From assembly GCA_030390025.1 (NCBI GenBank), contig CM059432.1, positions 10,912,001-10,976,000 on the forward strand: a stretch of DNA of 64,000 nt, in the 5' to 3' direction. The stretch is from Squalus acanthias (Eukaryota). Both the position numbers and the translations under genes were made by a program. The notes beneath the pieces were generated by a model. The model saw only the letters and a list, made by a program, of their open reading frames with translations, did no database searches and had not been told where the DNA came from. Positions 1-12,819 of this stretch are shown in pieces (within the stretch, counting starts at the first letter, position 1; every line of letters starts with the position of its first letter).

Positions 1-401
1 GAAGCCACACACACACACACCCCTTAGATGTTCCGGCCCTCTTCTTTTCTTCTTTCCTCCCCCCACCTACAAAACAAAGTCTCTGGGAGAGTGCACCAGA
101 ATCACACCCACCTGTAGCTGTTGTTCTTTCCTTCCTTCCTCCTTCCAAACAGATGATGGTTGTTGGTGTTTTCTCCCCTCTCTCCCTCTCCTAAAATGGA
201 GGCCAATTGAGGAGGCAGTGTGGAAAGGCCTCTCCTCTGGTGTTAATGTCCTTGGCCTTCCTTTCTTTTCTTTCTCCTCTCCTGTCCTCTCTCTCCAGGC
301 ACCTCAGTTGTGGTTGTTGGTTGTGGGTTGGTGGTGGTCTGCTATCTGGTCTCCTTCTCCTTCTCCTCTTCCTGCTCACAGAGACCACCACTCTGCTGCT
401 G

Positions 402-526
402 CTGCTGCTCCTTCGTCAGCAGCTCCGAAAGCTTGTGATTTCAAATAAAGCTGTTGGACTATAACCTGGTGTTGTGCGACTTCTCACATTTGTCCACCCC
501 AGTCCAACACAGGCATCTCCACATCA
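402..526 (+). mobile_element. Penelope pLTR remnant (family 1)
   Basis: GCTCCGAAAGCTTGTGATTTCAAATAAA...GTTGTGCGACTTCTC...GTCCACCCCAGTCCAAC...CATCTCCACATCA, matching 58877-58981. Confidence 0.85.
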
Positions 527-1046
527 AGTGTATTCTGTGTGTGTGAGAGTCAGACACACTGCCTGTGTATTCTGTGTGCGTGAGAGTCAGACACACTGCC
601 AGTGTATTCTGTGTGTGTGAGAATCAGACACACTGCCAGTCTATTCTGTGTGTGTGAGAATCAGACACACTGCCAGTCTATTCTGTGTGTGTGAGATTCA
701 GACACATTGCCAGTCTATTCTGTGTGTGTGAGAATCAGACACACTGCCAGTACACACCGCCAGTGTATTCTGTGTGTGTGAGAGTCAGACACACTGCCAG
801 TGTATTCGGTGTGTGTGAGAATCAGACACACTGCCAGTGTATTCTGTGTGTGTGAGAGTCAGACACACTGCCAGTGTATTCGGTGTGTGTGAGAATCAGA
901 CACACTGCCCGTGTATTCTGTGTGTGGGAATCAGACACACTGCCCGTGTATTGTGTGTGTGTGAGAGTCAGACACACTGCCAGTCTACTGTGTGTGTGGG
1001 AGTCAGACACACTGCCAGTCTACTGTGTGTGTGTGTATGTGTGTAT
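527..1046. repeat. ~37-bp minisatellite with TG core
   Basis: GTGTATTCTGTGTGTGTGAGAGTCAGACACACTGCCA about 14 times; degenerate units continue at ~1355 and 1845-2000. Confidence 0.93.
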
Positions 1047-1377
1047 TTTGGCCAGAACACTGGGGATAGCTCCCCTGCTCTTCTTAGAAATAGTGCCATG
1101 AGATGTTTTACGTCCACCTGAGAGGGCAGACAGTGCCTCAGTTTAACGTCTCCTCCGAAAGACGGCACCTCCGACAGTGCAGCACTCCCTCAGTACTGCA
1201 TTGGAGTGTCAGCGTAGATTTTTGTGCTCAAGTCTCTGGAGTGGGCGTCTCCCACAACAGTGACTACACTTCAAAAAGTACTGAATTGGCTGTAAAGCGC
1301 TTCAGGACATCCTGTGGTTTTGAAAGGCGCTATAGAAATGCAAGTTTTTTTTTACTCTGTGAGACTCAGACACACTG

Positions 1378-1838
1378 CCAGCCGTGGCTCAGTGGGCAGC
1401 ACTCTCGCCTCTGAGTCAGAAGGTTGTGGGTTCAAGTCCCACTCTGGAGACTTGAGCACAAAAATCTAGGCTGGCACTCCAGTGCAGTACTGAGGGAGTG
1501 CTGCACTGTCGGAGGTGCCATCTTTCGGATGAGACGTTGAACCGAGACCCTGTCTGCGCTCTCAGGTGGATGTAATAGTTCCCATTGCACTATTTCGAAG
1601 AAGAGCAGGTGTTCTCCCTGGTGTCCTGGCCAATATTTATCCCTCAATCGACATCAATAAAACAGATTATCTGGTCATTATCACATTGCTGTTTGTGGGA
1701 TCTTGCTGTGCACAAATTGGCTGCCGCGTTTCCTGCATTACAACAGTGACTCCACTTCAAAAAGTAATTCATTGGCTGTAAAGCGCTTTGGCTCATCCTG
1801 AGGTCATGAAAGGCTCTATATAAATGCAAGTCTTTCTT
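1378..1838 (+). mobile_element. tRNA-derived SINE (Deu-SINE/SacSINE1-like), near full length
   Basis: A-box TGGCTCAGTGG, B-box GGTTCAAGTCC, conserved core, L2-like tail GGC(G)CTATATAAATGCAAG. Confidence 0.85.
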
Positions 1839-2467
1839 TTTTACTTTTGTGTGAGACTCAGACACACTGGTAGCCTGCTCTCTGTGAGAGACAGAAGCAG
1901 ACTCACTGGAAGTCTACTCCGTGTGAGACCTAGACTGGCTGCCAGACTACTTACTCCATGTGAGACTCAGACTCCTTGGTAACCTGCTCTGTGCGAGACT
2001 CTGATTCACGAGGGCACCTTGTGACTTTATACCAGATTGTGGAGTGTTGTAAAGCTCAGAGGGAGTCCACTTACATTGCTTTCATTAGGCTTTTCGCTTC
2101 ATTCCTCGTGATGCACTCTATTATACCCGACATAGAATGGCTAAACCTTTATAGATCAGAGGGTAGATGATGATGCTGCAACCCAGAAGAGGGTGCCCTT
2201 CCAACGCCGGCATCTCCACATCATTCACAAATTGTGGCATTACTCTAAAATCTCTCCCTCACACCACCACCCTCACCACCCCAGCCATGGGAATGGTGGT
2301 GGGTGCCATAGCCAGAGCAGGGGTGTTGCTATCGATAATGATCCTAAAATATGTTTATTGGGATTAATAATGGAGTTAAAAGTATTTATGCAGAATATCA
2401 GTATTCTGGTAGTGAAAGGTTCATTGTCTCGGCTCAGAACATAAGATATCCACCTACATATTCCCAC

Positions 2468-3030
2468 TACAACAAAATAACTTGCATTTATATAGCGCCT
2501 TTAACGTAGTAAAATGTCCCAAGGCGCTTCACACTAGCGTTAACAAACAGAATTTGACACCGAGCCACATAAGGAGATATTAGGACAGGTGAACAAAAGC
2601 TTCGTCAAAGAGGTAGGTTTTAAGGAGCGTCTTAAAGGAGAAGAGAGAGGTAGAGAGGCGGAGAGGTTCAGGGAGGGAATTCCAGAGCTCAGGGCCGAGG
2701 CAGCTGAAGGCACGGCCGCCAACGATGGGGCGAAGGGAGTCGGGGATGCTCAAGAGATCAGAATAGAAGGAGTGCAGAGATCTCGGGGGGGTTGTGGGGC
2801 TGGAGGAGGTTACAGAGACAGGGAGGAGGTGAGGCCATGGAGGGATTTGAAAACAAGCATGAGAATTTTAAAATCGAGGCGGTTGCCGGAGCGGGATCCC
2901 ATGTAGGTCAGCGAGCACAGGGGTTGATGGGTGAAAAGGACTTGGTGCAAGTGAGGAGGCGGCCAGCAGAGCTCAAGTTGACAGCAGGTGGAAGAATGGG
3001 AGGCCAGCCAGGAGAGGCGAGTACAGTCCC
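2468..3030 (-). mobile_element. L2 3' fragment
   Basis: RLDFKILMLVFKSLHGL and tail GGCGCTATATAAATGCAAG. Confidence 0.85.
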
Positions 3031-3681
3031 CAAGAATATAAATCTGAGGAGACTGTTGACCATTTGACATGCTGATGGGTTTCCACCCACGTCAGACACC
3101 TGGCTGACCAAAAATAAAGGCTCCACAATGGCTGAGGAAGTTTATCCAATGACTAGCTGAGCCATGCAGACCATAATCATCCTAGATTGGATTTCCGGTC
3201 TCGGGTTGGTTCAGCCGATCTCAGTAGAATCGGCAGTCGGAGCGCTGACATCGGCAAAAAAAAGAAAGGCTTTCAGTTCTACAGCATCTTTCACCACCTC
3301 AGGACGTCCCAAAGCGTTTTACAGCCAATGAAGTCCTTTTTGACGTGTCGTCACCTTTGTAGTGTAACGGAGCGAGCTTCTGCACAGAAAAGAGACTTCT
3401 TTGTTTAAATTTAGGATTGCAACAATTTCCTCGAAACTTTCAAGTCATTTCATAATTTTTTTCGAACTGTTTTTAAACCTAGAATTGTGTTTTATTTTAT
3501 TCGGGGGAAACTTCTGCATTCTTAAAAGTGAAATCGTTCAGCAGTTGATTCAAATAAGCTCCTCTGCCAAGAGTTGATAACTATGGGTGCTTTCTGAGAA
3601 GGATGATGTCGGCATGATACTTGTTGCAGTGCAGCTGTTCTATAAGGAAGCAGATGACCGTGTGATCACAATGCTTAAATG

Positions 3682-4122
3682 AAAAGAACTTGCATTTCGA
3701 CAGCGCCTTTCACCATCTCAGGGCATCCCAAGGCGCTTTACAGCCAATGAAGTACTTTGTGGAGTGTAGTCACTGTTGTAATGTAGGAAACGCGGCAGCC
3801 AATTTGCGCACAGCAAGGTCCCACAAACAGCAATGTGATAATGACCAGATAATCTGTTTTTAGTGATGTTGGTTGAGGGATAAATATCGGCCCAGGACAC
3901 CGGGGAGAACTCCCCTGCTCTTCTTCGAAAATAGTACCGCGGGATCTTTTACGTCCACCTGAGCGAGCAGACGGGGCCCTCGGTTTAACGTCTCATCCGA
4001 AAGACGGCCCCTCCGACAGTGGAGCGTCAGCCTAGATGTTTGTGCTCAAGTCTCTGGCGTGGGACTTGAACCCACGACCTGCTGACTCAGAGGCGAGGGT
4101 GCTGCCCACTGAGCCACGGCTG
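3682..4122 (-). mobile_element. Same SINE family
   Basis: Reverse complement of the 1378 copy with an internal deletion. Confidence 0.85.
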
Positions 4123-4174
4123 GTTGTTCTTTCCAACCTCCTCCTGCCTTCCCCCCTGCCCTCTCTGCTAATGC

Positions 4175-4402
4175 AAAAGGCAAAACACTGCGGATGCAGG
4201 AAATCTGAAATATAAGCAGAAAATGCTGGAAACACTCAGCAGGTCAGGCAGCACCTGTGGAGAGAGAGAAACAGAGTTAACGTTTCTGGTCTGTTTTTAG
4301 CAGTTCTGACGAAAGGTCACAGACCTGAAACATTAACCCTGTTTCTCTCTCCACAAATGCTGCCTTACCTGCTGAGTATTTCCAGTATTTTTTGTTTATA
4401 TT
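4175..4402. mobile_element. Palindromic Penelope pLTR remnant (family 2)
   Basis: Imperfect fold-back similar to 61980-62120, containing CTGACGAAAGGTCACAGACCTGAAA. Confidence 0.8.
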
Positions 4403-5063
4403 TGGCATGGGAGCCACCTCGGTCCGGTTTGGAGTCAATGAATTGTGCTCTCCTGTGGCCTGATTTGAATCAGACAATGCCTCTTTTCACAGTGAAACCC
4501 TTAAACATTCTCGTAAAGGCAGATTCAGAACTGCAAATTCCGGGAATTCAGTCAGTCAAGTTCGAAGCATTTCAAAGACTTTGATGAGGACTATTGCATT
4601 CAGTACTCTGCCAGCTCTTCAGGTATCTATGGAAACACCAGCTAAGCCTTCCTGCTGCCATTGATCAACCGCACAGAAAATCCTGGTGGTTCAGCATCTC
4701 GAAAGCAAGTTGAAAGTAGAACTAACAATTGTGGCATGAATGAGATAAAGGCCCAGAAGAAGCCGAAAGGGATAAAAACAAGTAAATCCCCAGGGTGCTG
4801 AGAGAGACAGGGGTGCGAGCTGTTAACAGCACCTGCCAGACTAATATGGTGCCTGTTTTAAAAAGGATGGCAAAACATACCCAGCCAACCACAGACCTAT
4901 CAATCCATCTCACATCAATATCAGGTAAAATAACGGAATTGATTATCAGGAGTATGCTGGAGGATCACCTGTAAGACAATAACCGAATAAATAGTAACCA
5001 ACACGGACTCGGAAGGGAAGGTCCTATCCATTGTTTTCTTGGTGCGCAGCCCATTCACAGTTT

Positions 5064-5360
5064 CATAGAAAAATAGGAGCAGGAGTCGGCCATTCGGCCC
5101 TCCGAGCCTGCTCCGCCATTCAACACGATCATGGCTGATCCTCTATCTCAATACCATATTCCCGCTCTCTCCCCATACCCCTTGATGCCTTTTGTGTCTA
5201 GAAATCTATCTATCTCCTTCTTAAATATATTTACTGACTTGGCCTCCACAGCCTCCTGTGGTAGAGAATTCCACAGGTTCACCACCCTCTGAGTGAAGAA
5301 ATTTCTCCTCCTTTCAGCCCTAAATGTCCTACCCCGTATCCTGAGACTGTGACCCCTCGT
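5064..5360 (-). mobile_element. CR1 3' fragment
   Basis: RGHSLRIRG...RNFFTQRVVNLWNSLP. Confidence 0.88.
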
Positions 5361-5462
5361 TTCGCGCATGGTTTAACATTGGTAAAGCCGGTCCCGGGCT
5401 GCACGGGACCGGCAGAGAGCTGTGTGGCTGCGTAGCTCACAGGGAAGGTTGGTCCTATCTGC

Positions 5463-5606
5463 CAGCGTTCCCTCTCATTTTAATTTTAGGTGGGCAGTCC
5501 CTTTAAATTTTCTGCGCCCTATCTTTTCCAGCGTCGCACCTGGTGAGTGGCCTGCGCGGGAGCTCCGGGTCGCTGCGTGGCCGCGCAGCTTAGCGGGGGA
5601 ACGTTG
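5463..5606. mobile_element. hAT-type MITE
   Basis: CAGCGTTCCC and GGGAACGTTG ends; 8-bp TSD CTATCTGC. Confidence 0.85.
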
Positions 5607-5827
5607 CTATCTGCCATTTTACGTGACATTTTAAGGCAGTGTGAGATATACCACTGTGTACGTAGACTTCCAAAAAGCCTTGAATAAAGTTCCACATGAA
5701 AGGCTGAAATTTAAGGTAGAAACTAATAATAGATAAAAATTGGCAATGGGTACTTGTTACTTGTTATGGGAGGAACGTCAGGGTGGGAGCAGTAAAATCT
5801 GAGGAGACACCAAGAGAACTTCAAAGG

Positions 5828-6195
5828 GAACTGGACGTCGGACAAGCAGTCTGACAATTTAGAGACTGCAGGGGCCGATTGAAGTGGTGGTGAGGTAGAG
5901 CTGGGTGTCATCGGCATACATGTGGAAACTGAGGCTGTGTTTTCGGATGATGTCGCCAAGGGGCAGCATGTAGATGAGAAATAGGAGGGGGCCAAGGATA
6001 GATCCTTGGGAGGACACCAGAGGTAACGATGCGGGAGCGGGAAGAGAAGCCGTTGCAGGTGATTCTCTGACTACGATTAGACAGATAAGAATGGAACCAG
6101 GGGAGTGCAGTCCCACCCAGCTGGACGACGGTGGAGAGGCGTTGGAGAAGGATGGAGTGGTCAACCGTGTCAAAGTCTGCAGACAAGTCAAGAGA
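5828..6195 (-). mobile_element. L2 RT fragment
   Basis: [25 protein letters not shown]. Confidence 0.9.
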
Positions 6196-6217
6196 AGTTC
6201 AAACTATAACTGAGCAA

Positions 6218-7412
6218 AACAACAACAACAACTTGTATTTATATAGCACCTTTAACGTAGTAAAAGGTCCCAAGGCGCTGCACAGGTGTGTTACAAGACA
6301 AAAAATCTGACACCGAGCCACATAAGGAGAAATTAGGGCAGGTGACCAAAAGCTTGGGTCAAAGAGGTAGGTTTTAAGAAGCATCTTAAAGGAGGAAAGA
6401 GAGGTGGAGAGGTTTAGGCAGGGAATTCCAGAGCTTAGGGTCAAGACAACAGAAGGCACAGCCACCAATGGCTGAGCGATTATAATCAGGGATGCTCAAG
6501 AGGGCAGAATTAGAGGAGTGCAGATATCGGGGAGGGAGGGTGGGGGGGCGGGGGGGGGGTTGTGGGGCTGGAGGAGATTACAGAGATAGAGAGGGGCAAG
6601 GCCATGGAGGGATTTGAAAACAAGGATGAGAATTTTGAAATCAAGGCGTTGCTTAACCGGGAGCCAATGTAGGTCAGCGAGCACAGGGGTGATGGGTGAA
6701 CGGGACTTGGTGCGAGTTAGGACACGGGCAGCCGAGTTTTGGATTACCTCAAGTTTACGTAGGGTACAATGTGGGAGGCTGACCAGGAGGGCGTTGGAAT
6801 AGTCAAGTCTAGAGGTAACAAAGGCATGGATGAGGGTTTCAGCAGCGGATGAGCTGAGGCAAGGACGGAGACGGGCGATGTTACGGAGATGGAAATAGGC
6901 AGTCTTAGTTATACCGCAGATGTGTGGTCGGAAGCTCATTTCAGGGTCAAATCTGACACGCAAACAGTGTGGTTCAGCCTCAGGGAGAGGGATGGAGTCA
7001 TTGGCCAGGGAATGGAGTTTGTGGTGGGGACCAAAAACAATGGCTTCGGTCTTCCCAATATTTAATTGGAGAAGATTTCTGCTCATCCAGAACTGGATGT
7101 CGGACAAGCAGTCTGACAATTTAGAGACTGGAGGGGTCGAGAGAAGTGGTGGTGAGGTAGAACTAGGAGGGGGCCAAGGATAGATCCTTGGGAGGACACC
7201 AGAGATAACGATGCAGGAGTGGGAAGAGAAGTCGTTGCAGGTGATTCTCTGGCTACGATTAGATAGATAAGAATGGAACCAGGCGAGTGCAGTCCCACCC
7301 AGCTGGACGATGGTGGAGAGGCGTTGGAGGAGGATGGAGTGGTCAACCGTGTCAAAGGCTGCAGACAAGTCAAGAAGGACGCGGAGGGATAGTTTATCTT
7401 TGTCACAGTCAC
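6218..7412 (-). mobile_element. L2-clade LINE 3' portion with internal deletion
   Basis: LLDLSAAFDTVDH, LHWLPVKQR, SRLDYSNALL; L2 3' tail with (GTT)n. Confidence 0.92.
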
Positions 7413-8584
7413 AAAGGATATCAAAACAGTGGCAGATTAAATTTATTATGCAGAAGTGAAAGGTACTGTACATTGAAATAAAATAGTCAATATACACGCT
7501 CATGAATGGAGAGGGGTCTAGCTAAGGGTAAAGTTGAAAGAGGTCTGGGGATATTAGTAGACGCGGTGTTCAATATCTCTAATCACTGAAAAACAGTAAT
7601 CAACAAAGCACACAGAATAAAATATATAGCCACAAGAGCAGAGTAAAAGTTGCAGGAAATTGTGCTTAAATCATACAGCACTCTGATCAGACCACATCTT
7701 GAGTACTGTGTCCGTTTCTGTTTGTTGAAACATTAAAGCTTTGGAAGCAGTACAGGGAAGGGTCAAGAGACTTACCACAAGCATCGGAGGACTGAAATGT
7801 GAAGAAAGACTGGAGAAAATTGGATATTCTGCTTTGGAAATAGGTAATATGGTCTCGCCCCTCCCTGTCTCTAATCTCCTCCAGCCCTACAACCCTCCGA
7901 GCTCTCTGCGCTCCTCCAATTCTGGCCTCTTGCCCATCCCCGATTTTAATTGCTCCACCATTGGTGGCCGTGCCTTCAGCTACCTGGGCCCTAGGCTCTG
8001 CAATTCCCTCTCGAAATGTCTCTGCCTCTCTACCTCACTCTCCTCCTTTAAGACGCTCCTTAAAACCTACCAAGCTCTTTGTCACATGTCAGCTGTGGCT
8101 CTATTGGTAACACGCTCGCCTCTGAGTCAAAAAGGAGTGGGTTCAAGTCCCACGTTGAACCGAGGCCCCGTCTGCTCTCTCAGGTGGATGTAAAAGATCC
8201 CAAGGCAATATTTCGAAGAAGAGCAGAGGAGTTATCCCTGGTGTCCTGCCCAATATTTATCCCTCAATCAACATCACAAAAACAGATTATCTGGTCATTA
8301 TCACACTGCTGTTTGTGGGACCTTGTTGTGTGCAAATTGTTCAATTTTTTTTCTCTTGTTCAAATTTTTTTGTTATTTTATTTTCTCCTGTCACTCCACA
8401 TACCCTTGATCAAGAGGGCTCTCAGTCAACCTCTACTAAGCTTCTGCCAATATTGCCTCTCCAAAGTGTGTAAGAACGGTACTTCTGCTTGGCAGCTGCA
8501 CTGACAGAACAAATATGCTTGGAGACTTGAAACATGGGTAATCGTGGGTGCAAAACTGCAAAAATTGCATAATCTTGCTGCTGA

Positions 8585-8982
8585 CATAGGAGCAGGGGTT
8601 TGCCATTCGGCACTTGGAGCCTGCCCCACCATTCAACAAGATCATGGCTGATCTTCTGCCTCAACTCCACCTTCCCGCACTATCCTTGATTCCCTTAATA
8701 TCAAAATATCTTATCGATCTCTGTCTTGAATATACTCAACGACTGAGCATCCACAGCCCTCTGGGGTAGAGAATTCCAAAGATTCACCACCCTCTGAGTG
8801 AAGAAATTCCTCCTCATCTCAGTCCTGAATGGCCGACCCCTTAGTCTGAGACTGTGACCCCCTGGTTCTAGACTCCCCAGCCAGGGGAAACACCCTCCCT
8901 GCATCTACCCTGTCAAGCCCTGTAAGAATTTTGTATGTTTCAATGAGATCACCTCTTCTAAACTCTAGAGAATATAGGCCTA
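8585..8982 (-). mobile_element. CR1 LINE 3' fragment (interrupted by a MITE)
   Basis: RRNFFTQRVVNLWNSLP motif on the minus strand. Confidence 0.88.
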
Positions 8983-9638
8983 GGGGGAAAAATTCGGTTG
9001 CTTTGTGCCTCCCGTTAGCACCCCAAGGGGTGCAAAACACCGAGCGCCCGGGCGCGGCACCGCTAACGCCTCCCGCGAAATTCAACGGGAGGTTAGCGGC
9101 GGCAAAAGCCGGTAGCGCCCCGCAGCGCTGCGCCTCCTATGATGTCATCGCTGTGCACAGCGCCCCGGCCGCAAATTTGGCCCGCGCCCCTGACCTACCG
9201 GCAGACGCTATATCTGACAGGGTCAGGGGGGTGTACGTGCGGCCGGGGCAGCGATAATTAAAGGGCAGGTGCCGGGCGGCCATTTTTTTTGGGCCGCCTG
9301 ACAGCACCTGTCCCCTCTCGCCTCCTGCTGTGGGGTGTCGGCCGCGATCGGGCAGCCCGGCACTCCTCGAGTGCCAGGCTCTTTTGCCAGCACCCCGCTC
9401 CCCAGTGGTCCAGCAGGGCCCCGGTGTGCGCTGCGCAAGGCTCCTCCCCTTTACGCGCTGCTGCACGTAGTGCTCTGATATTTAATAGGAGCGCCCCAAG
9501 AGGGAGGGGGAGTGCTTCCAGTAGCGCCCCGCCTCCTGCTTGGGGCGCTACCATTGACTTTCGGGCGCGGGAGCACTAAAAATAGCGCCCCGGCGAAGTT
9601 ATTGCCCCAAAGGGGGCGCAAGCCCATTTTCCCCCCCC
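8983..9638. mobile_element. GC-rich non-autonomous DNA transposon with TA target duplication
   Basis: TA-GGGGGAAAAAT...ATTTTCCCCCCCC-TA; splits the CR1 sequence GAATATAGGCC[TA]GTCTCTTCAATCTC. Confidence 0.8.
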
Positions 9639-9657
9639 TAGTCTCTTCAATCTCTCC

Positions 9658-10187
9658 ATGTCTGAGGAAGGATGTTCTTGCCATGGAAGGAGTTCAGTGA
9701 AGGTTCACAAGGCTGATACCTGGGATGGCAGGAATGACATATGAGGAGAGATTGGGTCGATTGGGCTTATACTCGCTGGAGTATCGAAGAATGAGAGGGG
9801 ATCTCATCGAAACATATAAAATTCTGACAGGTCTGGACAAACTAGATGCAGGAAGAATGTTCCCGATGGTCGGAGAGTCCAGAACCAGGGGTCATAGTCT
9901 AAGGATAAGGGGTAAGCCATTTAGGACAGAAATTAGAAGAATTTCTTCACCCAGAGAGTGGTGAACCTGTGGAATTCTCTACCACAGAAGGTAGTTGAGG
10001 CCAAGTCATTAAATATATTCAAGAATGAGTTAGATATATTTCTTAAAGCTAAAGGTATCGAGGGATATGGGGAGAAAGCAGGTACAGGGTACTGAGTTTG
10101 GATGATCAGCCATGATCTCATCGAATGGCGGAACAGGCTCGAGGGGCCGAATGGCCTACTCCTGCTCCTATCTTCTATGTTTCTATG
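9658..10187 (+). mobile_element. CR1 LINE 3' fragment
   Basis: LRKDVLAMEGVQ...ESRTRGHSLRI; TTCTATG tail. Confidence 0.9.
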
Positions 10188-10304
10188 TAGGACAATCCCC
10201 CCATCCCAGGAAAGTTGGTTTAATTAGTGACAACGATTAACAACGAAAGCATGAAGTGAAAAGAGGTTGTGCAGCAATATAAGCAATACCACTCACCTTA
10301 ATTA

Positions 10305-10482
10305 GTATGTTGGGCAGCATCTGTGGAAAGAATGTAGGAGGTAACATTGTCAAAAGGCCCAACCCATCATGTAAACTCCTTTATTCTCCCCACAGATGCT
10401 GCCTGACCTGCTGTGTGCTTGCAGCATTTCCTGTTTCTGTTTCAAATTTGGTTTGGCCTCTGCAGTTTTTTTGCTTTTTGTT
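10305..10482 (+). mobile_element. Degraded family-2 Penelope pLTR remnant
   Basis: CCACAGATGCTGCCTGACCTGCTG...CAGCATTTCCTGTTTC with inverted GGCAGCATCTGTGG. Confidence 0.6.
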
Positions 10483-10669
10483 AATTGGTATGTTTTCCAA
10501 TTTTAATACAGTTGAACACACACACCTACCAATCTGAAACGTTTATTCAAAGGCCTTCAGGAATTTTGAGGCCTAACCAATTCTTGGCCAGGACCGAAAA
10601 TTTTATATTGTGATTAATAATCGCATGACAACAAAAGTGTCAGATTACTTGGAAAAAAATAATCTACTT

Positions 10670-11945
10670 TCAAAAGGGAAATCATGCCTGACTAATCTAC
10701 CGGAATTTTTTTGAGGATGTAACTGGTAGAATAGATAAGGGAGAAACAGTGGATGTGGTGTATTTGGACTTTCAGAAGGCTTTCGGTAAGGTCCCGCAAA
10801 AGAGATTAGCGTGCAAAGTTAAAGCACATGGGATTGGGGGTGAGGTACTGATTTGGATAGAGAACTGGTTGGCAGACAGGAAGCAAAGAGTTGGAATAAA
10901 CAGGTCTTTTTCCGAGTGGCAGGCAGTGACTAGTGGGGTACCACAGGGATCGGTGCGAGGACCCCAGCTATTCACAATATATATTAATGATCTAGACGAG
11001 GGAACTAGATGTAATATCTCTAAGTTTGCAGACGACACAAAGCTGGGTGGGCGTGTGTGCTGTGAGGAGGATGCAGAGAAACTCCAGTATGATTTGGACA
11101 GGTTGGGTGATTGGGCAGATGCATGGCAGATGCAGTATAATGTGGATAAATGCGAGGTTATCCACTTTGGTGGCAAAAACAGGAAGACAGATTATTATCT
11201 GAATGGCAACAGATTGGGAAAAGGGGAAGTGCAACGAGATCTGGGAGTCCTTGAGCACCAGTCGCTGAAGGTAAGCATGCAGGTGCAGCAGGCGGTTAAG
11301 AAGGCAAATGGTATGTCGGCCTTCATAGCGAGAGGATTCGAGTACAGGAGCAAGGATGTCTTGCTGCAGTTGTACAAGGCCTTGGTGAGACCACACCTTG
11401 AGTATTGTGTGCAGTTTTGGTCGCCTTATCTGAGGAAGGATGTTCTTGCCATGGAGGGTGTGCAGCGAAGATTCACCAGACTGATACCTGGGATGGCAGG
11501 AATGACGTATGAAGAGAGATTGGGTCGATTGGGCTTATATTCGCTAGAGTTTAGAAGAATGAGAGGGGATCTCATTGAAACTTATAAAATTCTAACCGGA
11601 CTAGACAGACTAGATGCAGGAAGGATGTTCCCGATGGCGGGGGAGTCCAGAACCAGAGGTCTAAGGATAAGGGGTAAGCCATTTAGGACTGAGATGAGGA
11701 GGAATTTCTTCACCCAGAGAGTGGTGAACCTGTGGAATTCTCTACCACAGAAGGCAGTTGAGGCCAATTCATTAAATATATTCAAGAAGGAGATAGATAT
11801 ATTTCTTAATGCTAAAGGGATCAAGGGATATGGGGAGAAAGCAGGGACAGGGTACTGAATTTGGATGATCAGCCATGATCTCATTAAATGGCGGAGCAGG
11901 CTCGAGGGGCCGAATGGCCTACTCCTGCTCCTATCTTCTATGCTT
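10670..11945 (+). mobile_element. CR1 LINE 3' portion (young)
   Basis: 369-aa ORF with YLDFQKAF, SGVPQGS, SKFADD, VRPHLEYCVQFWSP; CR1 3'UTR. Confidence 0.95.
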
Positions 11946-12099
11946 CATTTTTCTGCATTAAATTATGCAATTAATAAGTACAGTAAACACTGGGGGAAAT
12001 TAATGATCTATTCAATTGAGCTCAATAGCTTGTGTATATCTCAGTGTCAACACTTGTAAAGTATTCTGCAAACTAAGGTAAGCCGTATGTCTATCATAA

Positions 12100-12415
12100 C
12101 AATAAGGCTGAGAAGGAGAAACAACCTCTCAGCATCTAGCAGGACTCGATATTTTCGCCAGACAGTGCCATAGGCTGCTGTTAGATCGAGGAAGACAACA
12201 CCTGTCTTTAGGCTATTCTGAAAGTCATTTTCAATGAAGGTGATTGGAGCAAGTACTTGATCACACGGTGGGAACCAGCTTGGCCTGGGCTCAGCACAGC
12301 ATCGACGACTGGAGATATACATTGGAGGAGCAGTCGCTCAAGCATGTTATGGCAAACACTCAGACGGGAGATTGGTCGGTAACTCGCTTCTAACTGTGGG
12401 TCCTTGCCTTGCTTA
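12100..12415 (-). mobile_element. Vingi/Ingi-like LINE RT fragment
   Basis: DQVLA..TFIENDFQNSLKTGVVFLDLTAAYGTVW. Confidence 0.6.
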
Positions 12416-12449
12416 AGTAGACTAGTGATCTTTGCACAGCCTCATACTA

Positions 12450-12775
12450 CAGGAAACTCTTTTTTATCCGGCACCGACGGGACCGGCGTGGTGCCGGTTG
12501 ATCAAAAAGTCCGGATTACAGAGAGTTATGCTTACCAAGGTACGAGAGCCCCGTACACGGCCACAGGTGCAGGAGCCCCGGTTACACGGCACTTGTGCAG
12601 GAGTCCCGGTTACACAGCCACAGATCCAGGAGTCCCTGTTGCACGGCCACAGGTGCAGGAACCCCGGTTACACGGCCACTAATATATAGTAAAACTTACC
12701 TGAACCTACTCCTGAAGTTTGACGGTTAAGAGAGATTTCCAGATATTTAGGTGCCGGTTAAAAGAGAGTTTCCTG
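12450..12775. mobile_element. Tc1/pogo(Tigger)-type MITE
   Basis: TA-CAGGAAACTCT...CCGGCACC and GGTGCCGG...AGAGTTTCCTG-TA terminal inverted repeats; internal ~30-bp repeats. Confidence 0.85.
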
Positions 12776-12819
12776 TACTGGGATTTGGCCTTAAAGGACA
12801 ACATGAATGAAGAAAAATG

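Noticed and set aside
1378..1450. tRNA genes at A/B-box matches
   Set aside because: They are SINE heads continuing into SINE bodies; no complete cloverleaf
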